This document shows, in pieces, positions 14,824-29,699 of a stretch of 64,000 bases of DNA. Every line of letters begins with the position of its first letter. The stretch's first letter is position 1. The position numbers were made by a program, and so were the translations under genes. The notes under the pieces are model-generated. The model ran no database searches. It had not been told where the DNA came from and saw only the letters and a list, made by a program, of their open reading frames with translations. Source of the stretch: Auanema rhodensis (lineage: Eukaryota; Animalia; Nematoda); contig OZ059895.1 in the NCBI GenBank assembly GCA_964057225.1, positions 11,904,001-11,968,000 on the forward strand, read 5' to 3'.

Positions 14824-16829
14824 TTTCAAATTTTTTTAACGATCATACCACGTTGAAAGTACGCCATGCAGCTGATTTTCAATTTTATCTCTTCCGTAAC
14901 AAAAGTTTTCAATTTTCCAGCAGTTTTACTTAGATAGCTCAACCCAAGGCATTAAAATATCTTCAATCTTATTTCTATATTACAGTTATAAACCAGTAGT
15001 TTATGAACCTTCATCTTAACTTTACTGTTTCTTTCTATTTCCTATTGAAACAAACATTGTTTAAACACTATACAACTGTGAAACCTTTTTTAATTTATTG
15101 TATTTGGATCTCATAAGATTTGATATCATCGAGGGATTTAGATGTTACGTAGAAAATTACATAACTAACATGAAATTGGAAAAAAAACAATAACGAGGAT
15201 AAGTATGTAGATCATTGAATATCAGATATTTTTGCTTACGACCATACCACGTTGAAAGTACGCCATGCAGCTGATTTTCAATTTTATCTCTTCCGTAACA
15301 AAAGTTTTCAATTTTCCAGCAGTTTTACTTAGATAGCTCAACCCAAGGCATTAAAATATCTTCAATCTTATTTCTATATTACAGTTATAAACCAGTAGTT
15401 TATGAACCTCAATCTTAACTTTACTGTTTCTATCTATTTCCTATTAAAACAAACGTTGTTTAAACACTATACAACTGTGAAACCTTTTTTAATTTATTGT
15501 ATTTGGAGCTCATAAGATTCAATATCATCGAGGGATTTAGATGTAACGTGGAAAATTACATAACTAACATGAAATTGGAAAAAAAACAATAACGAGGATA
15601 AGTATGTAAATCATTGAATATCAGATATTTCCGCTTACGACCATACCACGTTGAAAGTACGCCATGCAGCTGATTTTCAATTTTATCTCTTCCGTAACAA
15701 AAGTTTTCAATTTTCCAGCAGTTTTACTTAGATAGCTCAACCCAAGGCATTAAAATATCTTCAATCTTATTTCTATATTACAGTTATAAACCAGTAGTTT
15801 ATGAACCTCAATCTTAACTTTACTGTTTCTATCTATTTCCTATTAAAACAAACGTTGTTTAAACACTATACAACTGTGAAACCTTTTTTAATTTATTGTA
15901 TTTGGAGCTCATAAGATTCAATATCATCGAGGGATTTAGATGTAACGTGGAAAATTACATAACTAACATGAAATTGGAAAAAAAACAATAACGAGGATAA
16001 GTATGTAAATCATTGAATATCAGATATTTCCGCTTACGACCATACCACGTTGAAAGTACGCCATGCAGCTGATTTTCAATTTTATCTCTTCCGTAACAAA
16101 TGTTTTCAATTTTCCAGCAGTTTTACTTAGATAGCTCAACCCAAGGCATTAAAATATCTTCAATCTTATTTCTATATTACAGTTATAAACCAGTAGTTTA
16201 TGAACCTTAATCTTAACTTTACTGTTTCTATCTATTTCCTATTAAAACAAACGTTGTTTATACACTATACAACTGTGAAACCTTTTTTAATTTATTGTAT
16301 TTGGATCTCATAAGAATTGATATCATCGAGGGATTTAGATGTAACGTGGAAAATTACATAACTAACATGAAATTGGAAAAAAAACAATAACGAGGATAAG
16401 TATGTAAATCATTGAATATCAGATATTTCCGCTTACGACCATACCACGTTGAAAGTACGCCATGCAGCTGATTTTCAATTTTATCTCTTCCGTAACAAAT
16501 GTTTTCAATTTTCCAGCAGTTTTACTTAGATAGCTCAACCCAAGGCATTAAAATATCTTCAATCTTATTTCTATATTACAGTTATAAACCAGTAGTTTAT
16601 GAACCTTCATCTTAACTTTACTGTTTCTATCTATTTCCTATTGAAACAAACATTGTTTAAACACTATACAACTGTGAAACCTTTTTTAATTTATTGTATT
16701 TGGATCTCATAAGATTTGATATCATCGAGGGATTTAGATGTTACGTAGAAAATTACATAACTAACATGAAATTGGAAAAAAAACAATAACGAGGATAAGT
16801 ATGTAGATCATTGAATATCAGATATTTTC

Positions 16830-16948
16830 GCTTACGACCATACCACGTTGAAAGTACGCCATCCCGTCCGATCTGGCAAGTCAAACAACGTTGGGCCCGG
16901 TTAGTACTTGGATCGGAGACGGCTTCTGAATCCCGGGTGCCGTAAGCA
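16830..16948 (+). rRNA. 5S rRNA: 5S rRNA variant class
   Basis: Full-length 5S with variant-class substitutions. Confidence 0.8.
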
Positions 16949-19900
16949 TTTCAAATTTTTTTAACGATCATACCACGTTGAAAGTACGCCATGCAGCTGA
17001 TTTTCAATTTTATCTCTTCCGTAACAAAAGTTTTCAATTTTCCAGCAGTTTTACTTAGATAGCTCAACCCAAGGCATTAAAATATCTTCAATCTTATTTC
17101 TATATTACAGTTATAAACCAGTAGTTTATGAACCTTCATCTTAACTTTACTGTTTCTTTCTATTTCCTATTGAAACAAACATTGTTTAAACACTATACAA
17201 CTGTGAAACCTTTTTTAATTTATTGTATTTGGATCTCATAAGATTTGATATCATCGAGGGATTTAGATGTTACGTAGAAAATTACATAACTAACATGAAA
17301 TTGGAAAAAAAACAATAACGAGGATAAGTATGTAGATCATTGAATATCAGATATTTTTGCTTACGACCATACCACGTTGAAAGTACGCCATGCAGCTGAT
17401 TTTCAATTTTATCTCTTCCGTAACAAAAGTTTTCAATTTTCCAGCAGTTTTACTTAGATAGCTCAACCCAAGGCATTAAAATATCTTCAATCTTATTTCT
17501 ATATTACAGTTATAAACCAGTAGTTTATGAACCTCAATCTTAACTTTACTGTTTCTATCTATTTCCTATTAAAACAAACGTTGTTTAAACACTATACAAC
17601 TGTGAAACCTTTTTTAATTTATTGTATTTGGAGCTCATAAGATTCAATATCATCGAGGGATTTAGATGTAACGTGGAAAATTACATAACTAACATGAAAT
17701 TGGAAAAAAAACAATAACGAGGATAAGTATGTAAATCATTGAATATCAGATATTTCCGCTTACGACCATACCACGTTGAAAGTACGCCATGCAGCTGATT
17801 TTCAATTTTATCTCTTCCGTAACAAAAGTTTTCAATTTTCCAGCAGTTTTACTTAGATAGCTCAACCCAAGGCATTAAAATATCTTCAATCTTATTTCTA
17901 TATTACAGTTATAAACCAGTAGTTTATGAACCTCAATCTTAACTTTACTGTTTCTATCTATTTCCTATTAAAACAAACGTTGTTTAAACACTATACAACT
18001 GTGAAACCTTTTTTAATTTATTGTATTTGGAGCTCATAAGATTCAATATCATCGAGGGATTTAGATGTAACGTGGAAAATTACATAACTAACATGAAATT
18101 GGAAAAAAAACAATAACGAGGATAAGTATGTAAATCATTGAATATCAGATATTTCCGCTTACGACCATACCACGTTGAAAGTACGCCATGCAGCTGATTT
18201 TCAATTTTATCTCTTCCGTAACAAATGTTTTCAATTTTCCAGCAGTTTTACTTAGATAGCTCAACCCAAGGCATTAAAATATCTTCAATCTTATTTCTAT
18301 ATTACAGTTATAAACCAGTAGTTTATGAACCTTAATCTTAACTTTACTGTTTCTATCTATTTCCTATTAAAACAAACGTTGTTTATACACTATACAACTG
18401 TGAAACCTTTTTTAATTTATTGTATTTGGATCTCATAAGAATTGATATCATCGAGGGATTTAGATGTAACGTGGAAAATTACATAACTAACATGAAATTG
18501 GAAAAAAAACAATAACGAGGATAAGTATGTAAATCATTGAATATCAGATATTTCCGCTTACGACCATACCACGTTGAAAGTACGCCATGCAGCTGATTTT
18601 CAATTTTATCTCTTCCGTAACAAATGTTTTCAATTTTCCAGCAGTTTTACTTAGATAGCTCAACCCAAGGCATTAAAATATCTTCAATCTTATTTCTATA
18701 TTACAGTTATAAACCAGTAGTTTATGAACCTTCATCTTAACTTTACTGTTTCTATCTATTTCCTATTAAAACAAACGTTGTTTAAACACTATACAACTGT
18801 GAAACCTTTTTTAATTTATTGTATTTGGAGCTCATAAGATTCAATATCATTGAGGGATTTAGATGTAACGTGGAAAATTACATAACTAACATGAAATTGG
18901 AAAAAAAACAATAACGAGGATAAGTATGTAAATCATTGAATATCAGATATTTCCGCTTACGACCATACCACGTTGAAAGTACGCCATGCAGCTGATTTTC
19001 AATTTTATCTCTTCCGTAACAAATGTTTTCAATTTTCCAGCAGTTTTACTTAGATAGCTCAACCCAAGGCATTAAAATATCTTCAATCTTATTTCTATAT
19101 TACAGTTATAAACCAGTAGTTTATTAACCTTAATCTTAACTTTACTGTTTCTATCTATTTCCTATTAAAACAAACGTTGTTTAAACACTATACAACTGTG
19201 AAACCTTTTTTAATTTATTGTATTTGGAGCTCATAAGATTCAATATCATCGAGGGATTTAGATGTAACGTGGAAAATTACATAACTAACATGAAATTGGA
19301 AAAAAAACAATAACGAGGATAAGTATGTAAATCATTGAATATCAGATATTTCCGCTTACGACCATACCACGTTGAAAGTACGCCATGCAGCTGATTTTCA
19401 ATTTTATCTCTTCCGTAACAAAAGTTTTCAATTTTCCAGCAGTTTTACTTAGATAGCTCAACCCAAGGCATTAAAATATCTTCAATCTTATTTCTATATT
19501 ACAGTTATAAACCAGTAGTTTATGAACCTCAATCTTAACTTTACTGTTTCTATCTATTTCCTATTAAAACAAACGTTGTTTAAACACTATACAACTGTGA
19601 AACCTTTTTTAATTTATTGTATTTGGAGCTCATAAGATTCAATATCATCGAGGGATTTAGATGTAACGTGGAAAATTACATAACTAACATGAAATTGGAA
19701 AAAAAACAATAACGAGGATAAGTATGTAAATCATTGAATATCAGATATTTCCGCTTACGACCATACCACGTTGAAAGTACGCCATGCAGCTGATTTTCAA
19801 TTTTATCTCTTCCGTAACAAATGTTTTCAATTTTCCAGCAGTTTTACTTAGATAGCTCAACCCAAGGCATTAAAATATCTTCAATCTTATTTCTATATTA

Positions 19901-20949
19901 CAGTTATAAACCAGTAGTTTATGAACCTTAATCTTAACTTTACTGTTTCTATCTATTTCCTATTAAAACAAACGTTGTTTAAACACTATACAACTGTGAA
20001 ACCTTTTTTAATTTATTGTATTTGGAGCTCATAAGATTCAATATCATCGAGGGATTTAGATGTAACGTGGAAAATTACATAACTAACATGAAATTGGAAA
20101 AAAAACAATAACGAGGATAAGTATGTAAATCATTGAATATCAGATATTTCCGCTTACGACCATACCACGTTGAAAGTACGCCATGCAGCTGATTTTCAAT
20201 TTTATCTCTTCCGTAACAAATGTTTTCAATTTTCCAGCAGTTTTACTTAGATAGCTCAACCCAAGGCATTAAAATATCTTCAATCTTATTTCTATATTAC
20301 AGTTATAAACCAGTAGTTTATGAACCTCAATCTTAACTTTACTGTTTCTATCTATTTCCTATTAAAACAAACGTTGTTTAAACACTATACAACTGTGAAA
20401 CCTTTTTTAATTTATTGTATTTGGAGCTCATAAGATTCAATATCATCGAGGGATTTAGATGTAACGTGGAAAATTACATAACTAACATGAAATTGGAAAA
20501 AAAACAATAACGAGGATAAGTATGTAAATCATTGAATATCAGATATTTCCGCTTACGACCATACCACGTTGAAAGTACGCCATGCAGCTGATTTTCAATT
20601 TTATCTCTTCCGTAACAAATGTTTTCAATTTTCCAGCAGTTTTACTTAGATAGCTCAACCCAAGGCATTAAAATATCTTCAATCTTATTTCTATATTACA
20701 GTTATAAACCAGTAGTTTATGAACCTTAATCTTAACTTTACTGTTTCTATCTATTTCCTATTAAAACAAACGTTGTTTAAACACTATACAACTGTGAAAC
20801 CTTTTTTAATTTATTGTATTTGGAGCTCATAAGATTCAATATTATCGAGGGATTTAGATGTAACGTGGAAAATTACATAACTAACATGAAATTGGAAAAA
20901 AAACAATAACGAGGATAAGTATGTAGATCATTGAATATCAGATATTTTC

Positions 20950-21068
20950 GCTTACGACCATACCACGTTGAAAGTACGCCATCCCGTCCGATCTGGCAAG
21001 TCAAACAACGTTGGGCCCGGTTAGTACTTGGATCGGAGACGGCTTCTGAATCCCGGGTGCCGTAAGCA
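20950..21068 (+). rRNA. 5S rRNA: 5S rRNA variant class
   Basis: Full-length 5S with variant-class substitutions. Confidence 0.8.
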
Positions 21069-21878
21069 TTTCAAATTTTTTTAACGATCATATCACGTTG
21101 AAAGTACGCCATGCAGCTGATTTTCAATTTTATCTCTTCCGTAACAAATGTTTTCAATTTTCCAGCAGTTTTACTTAGATAGCTCAACCCAAGGCATTAA
21201 AATATCTTCAATCTTATTTCTATATTACAGTTATAAACCAGTAGTTTATGAACCTTAATCTTAACTTTACTGTTTCTATCTATTTCCTATTAAAACAAAC
21301 GTTGTTTAAACACTATACAACTGTGAAACCTTTTTTAATTTATTGTATTTGGAGCTCATAAGATTCAATATTATCGAGGGATTTAGATGTAACGTGGAAA
21401 ATTACATAACTAACATGAAATTGGAAAAAAAAACAATAACGAGGATAAATATGTAAATCATTGAATATCAGATATTTCCGCTTACGACCATACCACGTTG
21501 AAAGTACGCCATGCAGCTGATTTTCAATTTTATCTCTTCCGTAACAAAAGTTTTCAATTTTCCAGCAGTTTTACTTAGATAGCTCAACCCAAGGCATTAA
21601 AATATCTTCAATCTTATTTCTATATTACAGTTATAAACCAGTAGTTTATGAACCTTCATCTTAACTTTACTGTTTCTATCTATTTCCTATTGAAACAAAC
21701 ATTGTTTAAACACTATACAACTGTGAAACCTTTTTTAATTTATTGTATTTGGATCTCATAAGATTTGATATCATCGAGGGATTTAGATGTTACGTAGAAA
21801 ATTACATAACTAACATGAAATTGGAAAAAAAACAATAACGAGGATAAGTATGTAGATCATTGAATATCAGATATTTTC

Positions 21879-21997
21879 GCTTACGACCATACCACGTTGA
21901 AAGTACGCCATCCCGTCCGATCTGGCAAGTCAAACAACGTTGGGCCCGGTTAGTACTTGGATCGGAGACGGCTTCTGAATCCCGGGTGCCGTAAGCA
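21879..21997 (+). rRNA. 5S rRNA: 5S rRNA variant class
   Basis: Full-length 5S with variant-class substitutions. Confidence 0.8.
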
Positions 21998-24402
21998 TTT
22001 CAAATTTTTTTAACGATCATACCACGTTGAAAGTACGCCATGCAGCTGATTTTCAATTTTATCTCTTCCGTAACAAAAGTTTTCAATTTTCCAGCAGTTT
22101 TACTTAGATAGCTCAACCCAAGGCATTAAAATATCTTCAATCTTATTTCTATATTACAGTTATAAACCAGTAGTTTATGAACCTTCATCTTAACTTTACT
22201 GTTTCTTTCTATTTCCTATTGAAACAAACATTGTTTAAACACTATACAACTGTGAAACCTTTTTTAATTTATTGTATTTGGATCTCATAAGATTTGATAT
22301 CATCGAGGGATTTAGATGTTACGTAGAAAATTACATAACTAACATGAAATTGGAAAAAAAACAATAACGAGGATAAGTATGTAAATCATTGAATATCAGA
22401 TATTTCCGCTTACGACCATACCACGTTGAAAGTACGCCGTGCAGCTGATTTTCAATTTTATCTCTTCCGTAACAAAAGTTTTCAATTTTCCAGCAGTTTT
22501 ACTTAGATAGCTCAACCCAAGGCATTAAAATATCTTCAATCTTATTTCTATATTACAGTTATAAACCAGTAGTTTATGAACCTCAATCTTAACTTTACTG
22601 TTTCTATCTATTTCCTATTAAAACAAACGTTGTTTAAACACTATACAACTGTGAAACCTTTTTTAATTTATTGTATTTGGAGCTCATAAGATTCAATATC
22701 ATCGAGGGATTTAGATGTAACGTGGAAAATTACATAACTAACATGAAATTGGAAAAAAAACAATAACGAGGATAAGTATGTAAATCATTGAATATCAGAT
22801 ATTTCCGCTTACGACCATACCACGTTGAAAGTACGCCATGCAGCTGATTTCCAATTTTATCTCTTCTGTAACAAATGTTTCCGATCGTCAAGTAGTTTTA
22901 CTTAGATAGCGCGACCCCCGGCAGAAAATTATCTTCAATCTTATTTCTATATTACAGTTATAAACCAGTAGTTTATGAACCTTCATCTTAACTTTACTGT
23001 TTCTTTCTATTTCCTATTGAAACAAACATTGTTTAAACACTATACAACTGTGAAACCTTTTTTAATTTATTGTATTTGGATCTCATAAGATTTGATATCA
23101 TCGAGGGATTTAGATGTTACGTAGAAAATTACATAACTAACATGAAATTGGAAAAAAAACAATAACGAGGATAAGTATGTAAATCATTGAATATCAGATA
23201 TTTCCGCTTACGACCATACCACGTTGAAAGTACGCCGTGCAGCTGATTTTCAATTTTATCTCTTCCGTAACAAAAGTTTTCAATTTTCCAGCAGTTTTAC
23301 TTAGATAGCTCAACCCAAGGCATTAAAATATCTTCAATCTTATTTCTATATTACAGTTATAAACCAGTAGTTTATGAACCTCAATCTTAACTTTACTGTT
23401 TCTATCTATTTCCTATTAAAACAAACGTTGTTTAAACACTATACAACTGTGAAACCTTTTTTAATTTATTGTATTTGGAGCTCATAAGATTCAATATCAT
23501 CGAGGGATTTAGATGTAACGTGGAAAATTACATAACTAACATGAAATTGGAAAAAAAACAATAACGAGGATAAGTATGTAAATCATTGAATATCAGATAT
23601 TTCCGCTTACGACCATACCACGTTGAAAGTACGCCATGCAGCTGATTTTCAATTTTATCTCTTCCGTAACAAATGTTTTCAATTTTCCAGCAGTTTTACT
23701 TAGATAGCTCAACCCAAGGCATTAAAATATCTTCAATCTTATTTCTATATTACAGTTATAAACCAGTAGTTTATGAACCTTAATCTTAACTTTACTGTTT
23801 CTATCTATTTCCTATTAAAACAAACGTTGGTTAAACACTATACAACTGTGAAACCTTTTTTAATTTATTGTATTTGGAGCTCATAAGATTCAATATTATC
23901 GAGGGATTTAGATGTAACGTGGAAAATTACATAACTAACATGAAATTGGAAAAAAAACAATAACGAGGATAAATATGTAAATCATTGAATATCAGATATT
24001 TCCGCTTACGACCATACCACGTTGAAAGTACGCCATGCAGCTGATTTTCAATTTTATCTCTTTCGTAACAAAAGTTTTCAATTTTCCAGCAGTTTTACTT
24101 AGATAGCTCAACCCAAGGCATTAAAATATCTTCAATCTTATTTCTATATTACAGTTATAAACCAGTAGTTTATGAACCTTCATCTTAACTTTACTGTTTC
24201 TATCTATTTCCTATTGAAACAAACATTGTTTAAACACTATACAACTGTGAAACCTTTTTTAATTTATTGTATTTGGATCTCATAAGATTTGATATCATCG
24301 AGGGATTTAGATGTTACGTAGAAAATTACATAACTAACATGAAATTGGAAAAAAAACAATAACGAGGATAAGTATGTAGATCATTGAATATCAGATATTT
24401 TC

Positions 24403-24521
24403 GCTTACGACCATACCACGTTGAAAGTACGCCATCCCGTCCGATCTGGCAAGTCAAACAACGTTGGGCCCGGTTAGTACTTGGATCGGAGACGGCTTCT
24501 GAATCCCGGGTGCCGTAAGCA
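24403..24521 (+). rRNA. 5S rRNA: 5S rRNA variant class
   Basis: Full-length 5S with variant-class substitutions. Confidence 0.8.
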
Positions 24522-25729
24522 TTTCAAATTTTTTTAACGATCATACCACGTTGAAAGTACGCCATGCAGCTGATTTTCAATTTTATCTCTTCCGTAACAA
24601 AAGTTTTCAATTTTCCAGCAGTTTTACTTAGATAGCTCAACCCAAGGCATTAAAATATCTTCAATCTTATTTCTATATTACAGTTATAAACCAGTAGTTT
24701 ATGAACCTTCATCTTAACTTTACTGTTTCTTTCTATTTCCTATTGAAACAAACATTGTTTAAACACTATACAACTGTGAAACCTTTTTTAATTTATTGTA
24801 TTTGGATCTCATAAGATTTGATATCATCGAGGGATTTAGATGTTACGTAGAAAATTACATAACTAACATGAAATTGGAAAAAAAACAATAACGAGGATAA
24901 GTATGTAGATCATTGAATATCAGATATTTTTGCTTACGACCATACCACGTTGAAAGTACGCCATGCAGCTGATTTTCAATTTTATCTCTTCCGTAACAAA
25001 AGTTTTCAATTTTCCAGCAGTTTTACTTAGATAGCTCAACCCAAGGCATTAAAATATCTTCAATCTTATTTCTATATTACAGTTATAAACCAGTAGTTTA
25101 TGAACCTCAATCTTAACTTTACTGTTTCTATCTACTTCCTATTAAAACAAACGTTGTTTAAACACTATACAACTGTGAAACCTTTTTTAATTTATTGTAT
25201 TTGGAGCTCATAAGATTCAATATCATCGAGGGATTTAGATGTAACGTGGAAAATTACATAACTAACATGAAATTGGAAAAAAAACAATAACGAGGATAAG
25301 TATGTAAATCATTGAATATCAGATATTTCCGCTTACGACCATACCACGTTGAAAGTACGCCATGCAGCTGATTTTCAATTTTATCTCTTCCGTAACAAAT
25401 GTTTTCAATTTTCCAGCAGTTTTACTTAGATAGCTCAACCCAAGGCATTAAAATATCTTCAATCTTATTTCTATATTACAGTTATAAACCAGTAGTTTAT
25501 GAACCTTCATCTTAACTTTACTGTTTCTATCTATTTCCTATTGAAACAAACATTGTTTAAACACTATACAACTGTGAAACCTTTTTTAATTTATTGTATT
25601 TGGATCTCATAAGATTTGATATCATCGAGGGATTTAGATGTTACGTAGAAAATTACATAACTAACATGAAATTGGAAAAAAAACAATAACGAGGATAAGT
25701 ATGTAGATCATTGAATATCAGATATTTTC

Positions 25730-25848
25730 GCTTACGACCATACCACGTTGAAAGTACGCCATCCCGTCCGATCTGGCAAGTCAAACAACGTTGGGCCCGG
25801 TTAGTACTTGGATCGGAGACGGCTTCTGAATCCCGGGTGCCGTAAGCA
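25730..25848 (+). rRNA. 5S rRNA: 5S rRNA variant class
   Basis: Full-length 5S with variant-class substitutions. Confidence 0.8.
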
Positions 25849-26656
25849 TTTCAAATTTTTTTAACGATCATACCACGTTGAAAGTACGCCATGCAGCTGA
25901 TTTTCAATTTTATCTCTTCCGTAACAAAAGTTTTCAATTTTCCAGCAGTTTTACTTAGATAGCTCAACCCAAGGCATTAAAATATCTTCAATCTTATTTC
26001 TATATTACAGTTATAAACCAGTAGTTTATGAACCTTCATCTTAACTTTACTGTTTCTATCTATTTCCTATTGAAACGAACATTGTTTAAACACTATACAA
26101 CTGTGAAACCTTTTTTAATTTATTGTATTTGGATCTCATAAGATTTGATATCATCGAGGGATTTAGATGTTACGTAGAAAATTACATAACTAACATGAAA
26201 TTGGAAAAAAAACAATAACGAGGATAAGTATGTAGATCATTGAATATCAGATATTTTCGCTTACGACCATACCACGTTGAAAGTACGCCATGCAGCTGAT
26301 TTTCAATTTTATCTCTTCCGTAACAAAAGTTTTCAATTTTCCAGCAGTTTTACTTAGATAGCTCAACCCAAGGCATTAAAATATCTTCAATCTTATTTCT
26401 ATATTACAGTTATAAACCAGTAGTTTATGAACCTTAATCTTAACTTTACTGTTTTATCTATTTCCTATTAAAACAAACGTTGTTTAAACACTATACAACT
26501 GTGAAACCTTTTTTAATTTATTGTATTTGGAGCTCATAAGATTCAATATCATCGAGGGATTTAGATGTAACGTGGAAAATTACATAACTAACATGAAATT
26601 GGAAAAAAAACAATAACGAGGATAAGTATGTAAATCATTGAATATCAGATATTTCC

Positions 26657-26775
26657 GCTTACGACCATACCACGTTGAAAGTACGCCATCCCGTCCGATC
26701 TGGCAAGTCAAACAACGTTGGGCCCGGTTGGTACTTGGATCGGAGACGGCTTCTGAATCCCGGGTGCCGTAAGCA
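26657..26775 (+). rRNA. 5S rRNA: 5S rRNA variant class
   Basis: Variant-class substitutions plus A74G. Confidence 0.8.
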
Positions 26776-29580
26776 TTTCAAATTTTTTTAACGATCATAC
26801 CACGTTGAAAGTACGCCATGCAGCTGATTTTCAATTTTATCTCTTCCGTAACAAAAGTTTTCAATTTTCCAGCAGTTTTACTTAGATAGCTCAACCCAAG
26901 GCATTAAAATATCTTCAATCTTATTCCTATATTACAGTTATAAACCAGTAGTTTATGAACCTTAATCTTAACTTTACTGTTTCTATCTATTTCCTATTAA
27001 AACAAACGTTGTTTAAACACTATACAACTGTGAAACCTTTTTTAATTTATTGTATTTGGAGCTCATAAGATTCAATATTATCGAGGGATTTAGATGTAAC
27101 GTGGAAAATTACATAACTAACATGAAATTGGAAAAAAAAATAATAACGAGGATAAATATGTAAATCATTGAATATCAGATATTTCCGCTTACGACCATAC
27201 CACGTTGAAAGTACGCCATGCAGCTGATTTTCAATTTTATCTCTTCCGTAACAAAAGTTTTCAATTTTCCAGCAGTTTTACTTAGATAGCTCAACCCAAG
27301 GCATTAAAATATCTTCAATCTTATTTCTATATTACAGTTATAAACCAGTAGTTTATGAACCTTCATCTTAACTTTACTGTTTCTATCTATTTCCTATTGA
27401 AACGAACATTGTTTAAACACTATACAACTGTGAAACCTTTTTTAATTTATTGTATTTGGATCTCATAAGATTTGATATCATCGAGGGATTTAGATGTTAC
27501 GTAGAAAATTACATAACTAACATGAAATTGGAAAAAAAACAATAACGAGGATAAGTATGTTGATCATTGAATATCAGATATTTTCGCTTACGACCATACC
27601 ACGTTGAAAGTACGCCATGCAGCTGATTTTCAATTTTATCTCTTCCGTAACAAAAGTTTTCAATTTTCCAGCAGTTTTACTAAGATAGCTCAACCCAAGG
27701 CATTAAAATATCTTCAATCTTATTTCTATATTACAGTTATAAACCAGTAGTTTATGAACCTTAATCTTAACTTTACTGTTTCTATCTATTTCCTATAAAA
27801 ACAAACGTTGTTTAAACACTATACAACTGTGAAACCTTTTTCAATTTATTGTATTTGGAGCTCATAAGATTCAATATCATCGAGGGATTTAGATGTAACG
27901 TGGAAAATTACATAACTAACATGAAATTGGAAAAAAAACAATAACGAGGATAAGTATGTAAATCATTGAATATCAGATATTTCCGCTTACGACCATACCA
28001 CGTTGAAAGTACGCCATGCAGCTGATTTTCAATTTTATCTCTTCCGTAACAAATGTTTTCAATTTTCCAGCAGTTTTACTTAGATAGCTCAACCCAAGGC
28101 ATCAAAATATCTTCAATCTTATTTCTTTATTACAGTTATAAACCAGTAGTTTATGAACCTTCATCTTAACTTTACTGTTTCTATCTATTTCCTATTGAAA
28201 CAAACATTGTTTAAACACTATACAACTGTGAAACCTTTTTTAATTTATTGTATTTGGATCTCATAAGATTTGATATCATCGAGGGATTTAGATGTAACGT
28301 GGAAAATTACATAACTAACATGAAATTGGAAAAAAAACAATAACGAGGATAAATATGTAAATCATTGAATATCAGATATTTCCGCTTACGACCATACCAC
28401 GTTGAAAGTACGCCATGCAGCTGATTTTCAATTTTATCTCTTCCGTAACAAAAGTTTTCAATTTTCCAGCAGTTTTACTTAGATAGCTCAACCCAAGGCA
28501 TTAAAATATCTTCAATCTTATTTCTATATTACAGTTATAAACCAGTAGTTTATGAACCTTCATCTTAACTTTACTGTTTCTATCTATTTCCTATTGAAAC
28601 GAACATTGTTTAAACACTATACAACTGTGAAACCTTTTTTAATTTATTGTATTTGGATCTCATAAGATTTGATATCATCGAGGGATTTAGATGTTACGTA
28701 GAAAATTACATAACTAACATGAAATTGGAAAAAAAACAATAACGAGGATAAGTATGTTGATCATTGAATATCAGATATTTTCGCTTACGACCATACCACG
28801 TTGAAAGTACGCCATGCAGCTGATTTTCAATTTTATCTCTTCCGTAACAAAAGTTTTCAATTTTCCAGCAGTTTTACTAAGATAGCTCAACCCAAGGCAT
28901 TAAAATATCTTCAATCTTATTTCTATATTACAGTTATAAACCAGTAGTTTATGAACCTTAATCTTAACTTTACTGTTTCTATCTATTTCCTATAAAAACA
29001 AACGTTGTTTAAACACTATACAACTGTGAAACCTTTTTCAATTTATTGTATTTGGAGCTCATAAGATTCAATATCATCGAGGGATTTAGATGTAACGTGG
29101 AAAATTACATAACTAACATGAAATTGGAAAAAAAACAATAACGAGGATAAGTATGTAAATCATTGAATATCAGATATTTCCGCTTACGACCATACCACGT
29201 TGAAAGTACGCCATGCAGCTGATTTTCAATTTTATCTCTTCCGTAACAAATGTTTTCAATTTTCCAGCAGTTTTACTTAGATAGCTCAACCCAAGGCATC
29301 AAAATATCTTCAATCTTATTTCTTTATTACAGTTATAAACCAGTAGTTTATGAACCTTCATCTTAACTTTACTGTTTCTATCTATTTCCTATTGAAACAA
29401 ACATTGTTTAAACACTATACAACTGTGAAACCTTTTTTAATTTATTGTATTTGGATCTCATAAGATTTGATATCATCGAGGGATTTAGATGTAACGTGGA
29501 AAATTACATAACTAACATGAAATTGGAAAAAAAACAATAACGAGGATAAATATGTAAATCATTGAAAATCAGATATTTTC

Positions 29581-29699
29581 GCTTACGACCATACCACGTT
29601 GAAAGAACGCCATCCCGTCCGATCTGGCAAGTCAAGCAACGTTGGGCCCGGTTAGTACTTAGATCGGAGACGGCTTGGGAATCCCGGGTGCCGTAAGCT
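29581..29699 (+). rRNA. 5S rRNA: 5S rRNA, canonical class (T26A, G81A)
   Basis: 119-nt nematode-type 5S with GTCAAGCAAC and GGCTTGGGAATCC, followed by T4 and T7 runs. Confidence 0.88.
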
